From the sequence record NZ_CP154590.1: 64,000 nucleotides of DNA, one strand, 5' to 3'. Below, piece by piece: positions 62,371 through 64,000 of the stretch. Source of the stretch: a plasmid. The stretch's first letter is position 1. The number at the start of each line of letters is the position of its first letter. The notes under the pieces were generated by a model. It saw only the letters and a list, made by a program, of their open reading frames with translations. It was not told the DNA's origin and ran no database searches. Made by a program: the position numbers and the translations under genes.

Positions 62371-63912
62371 ATGTCGCTGGCAAGGAACGCCACGGCGAGT
62401 CAATCGCCCACTCAAACAAACGGTTACGAACGCCACCAACCCGACCAGACGCTGCTCTACCAGCTGGTTGAGCAGCACTACCCAGCCTTCAAAGCCTCAC
62501 TCGAAGCCCAAGGTCAACACCTGCCTCGCTACATCCAACAAGAATTCAACGACCTCCTCCAATGTGGCCGTCTGGAGTATGGTTTCATGCGGGTTCGCTG
62601 CGAGGATTGTCATCACGAGCGTCTGGTCGCCTTCAGCTGTAAACGACGCGGCTTTTGCCCTAGCTGCGGTGCCCGCCGGATGGCCGAGAGTGCGGCGCTG
62701 CTGATAGACGAAGTCTTCCCCAAGGAGCCCATTCGCCAGTGGGTGCTCAGCTTTCCTTTCCAGCTACGCTTTTTGCTGGCTCGCCATCCCCAGCTGATGG
62801 GCCAGGTCTTGAGTATCGTCTATCGTACACTCTCAACTCATCTGATCAAAAAAGCCGGTTACACCAAAGCCTCTGCACAAACTGGCTCAGTGACTCTTAT
62901 CCAACGCTTTGGCTCCGCGCTAAATCTCAATGTCCACTACCACATGCTGTTTCTCGATGGTGTCTATGCCGAAGATGACTATGGCAAGCAACGCTTCCAT
63001 CGTGTCAAGGCACCCACTTACGATGAGCTGAATACGCTCGCTCACACCCTCAGCCATCGCATCGCTCGCTGCATGGAAAAGCGTGGGATTTTGGAGCGTG
63101 ATGCCGAGAATACGTGGTTGACACTGGAAGAGGGCGAAGACGATACGCTGACTCAATTACATGGTGCTTCGGTTACGTATCGCATTGCCGTCGGCCCCCA
63201 GCAAGGGCGCAAAGTCTTCACCCTGCAAACCTTGCCAGGGCGTGAGGATAAAGCCGACTCAAGCAGTCGAGTAGCCAACCATGCTGGTTTCTCGCTACAC
63301 GCCGGTGTGATGGCCGAAGCGCATCAGCGGGATAAGCTTGAGCGCTTGTGTCGCTACATTAGTCGGCCAGCGGTTTCAGAAAAACGTCTGGCATTAACCG
63401 CCAATGGGCAGGTGCGTTACGAGCTCAAAACTCCGTACCGCAATGGCACCACCCATGTGATCTTCGAGCCGCTGGACTTCATCGCCAAACTCGCTGCGTT
63501 GGTACCTAAGCCGCGAGTCAACCTCACACGCTTCCACGGCGTCTTTGCACCGAACAGCAAACACCGAGTTCAAGTAACACCCGCCAAGCGGGGCAAGAAG
63601 CCCGACAAATCGGAAGGTCTCGATACTAACTGGCGTGACAAGAGTCCTGCAGAGCGCCACCGCGCCATGACCTGGATGCAACGCCTCAAGCGAGTCTTCA
63701 ATATTGATATTGAAGTCTGCGAACACTGCGGCGGTCACGTCAAAGTGATTGCCAGCATCGAAGATCCGAAGGTCATTGAGCAGATTCTCAAGCATCTGAA
63801 ACAGAAAACAGCCAAGGCGAATGCCGCCAAGCAGCGTGAGCTGCCACCAGAACGAGCGCCGCCACTGACTCCCAGCCTGTTCGATCCATCACAGAGTCGT
63901 CTCTTTGACTGA
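62371..63912 (+). CDS. ISCR1 rolling-circle transposase (orf513)
   Basis: 513 aa; MSLARNATASQSPTQTNGYERHQPDQTLLYQLVEQHYPAF; zinc-binding CEDCHHE..CPSCG; HUH-type IS91-like. Confidence 0.9.
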   Translation: MSLARNATASQSPTQTNGYERHQPDQTLLYQLVEQHYPAFKASLEAQGQHLPRYIQQEFNDLLQCGRLEYGFMRVRCEDCHHERLVAFSCKRRGFCPSCGARRMAESAALLIDEVFPKEPIRQWVLSFPFQLRFLLARHPQLMGQVLSIVYRTLSTHLIKKAGYTKASAQTGSVTLIQRFGSALNLNVHYHMLFLDGVYAEDDYGKQRFHRVKAPTYDELNTLAHTLSHRIARCMEKRGILERDAENTWLTLEEGEDDTLTQLHGASVTYRIAVGPQQGRKVFTLQTLPGREDKADSSSRVANHAGFSLHAGVMAEAHQRDKLERLCRYISRPAVSEKRLALTANGQVRYELKTPYRNGTTHVIFEPLDFIAKLAALVPKPRVNLTRFHGVFAPNSKHRVQVTPAKRGKKPDKSEGLDTNWRDKSPAERHRAMTWMQRLKRVFNIDIEVCEHCGGHVKVIASIEDPKVIEQILKHLKQKTAKANAAKQRELPPERAPPLTPSLFDPSQSRLFD

Positions 63913-64000
63913 CGACCCCAAATCCAACACTGCTCAACACTGCCAACTTTTAAACGGGGCGGTGGGGCAGTTTGTATCTCTCGAGCTATCAGGCTAGAGA

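Overview
This window looks like an IncI-complex (R64/ColIb-P9-like) conjugative plasmid segment carrying a multidrug-resistance mosaic at its right end. Assignments rest on protein length, gene order and motifs; no database search was run.

- 1-21.3 kb: MPF-I type IV secretion genes in IncI order (TraT?-TraU-TraV-TraW-TraX-TraY-ExcA, TrbA-TrbB-[IS605-family TnpB insertion]-TrbC), then an accessory trio (small secreted protein, membrane protein, Fic AMPylase), then the convergent NikB relaxase / NikA and an oriT with 11-bp inverted repeats.
- 21.4-37.5 kb: the conjugative leading region, with minus-strand genes transcribed toward oriT. It carries known establishment and anti-defence genes (ArdB/KlcA-like, a truncated HsdM-like protein, hok, psiB-psiA, ParB-like nuclease, ardA) plus about 10 uncharacterised ORFs. 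These are separated by unusually long GC-rich non-coding stretches containing at least two families of about 230-bp palindromic repeats, which look like single-strand promoter (Frpo/ssi-like) elements. There is also a (CACGCC)x9 simple-sequence repeat.
- 37.6-47.4 kb: a LexA-boxed umuDC-like operon, a divergent double partition locus (parMR plus type-Ib parA/RHH sharing a centromere, pB171-like), a ResD-like recombinase with three unknown ORFs, and a tightly coupled, markedly GC-rich four-gene operon (86 aa, 417-aa wHTH protein, 226 aa, secreted thermonuclease Nuc) of unknown function.
- 48.4-64 kb: a Tn1721-like remnant (38-bp IR, mcp/orfI, res, tnpR, truncated tnpA). Its mcp is split by an ISEcp1-blaCTX-M-9-group(CTX-M-14-like)-IS903-delta-iroN transposition unit flanked by a 5-bp TAACA duplication. 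Then come IS26, a truncated class 1 integron (aac(6')-Ib-cr, blaOXA-1, complete catB3, arr-3, qacEdelta1, sul1) and ISCR1.

The most promising unexplored biology is the leading-region anti-defence island with its repeat-associated unknown ORFs, the HsdM-like decoy candidate, and the GC-rich Nuc-associated operon.
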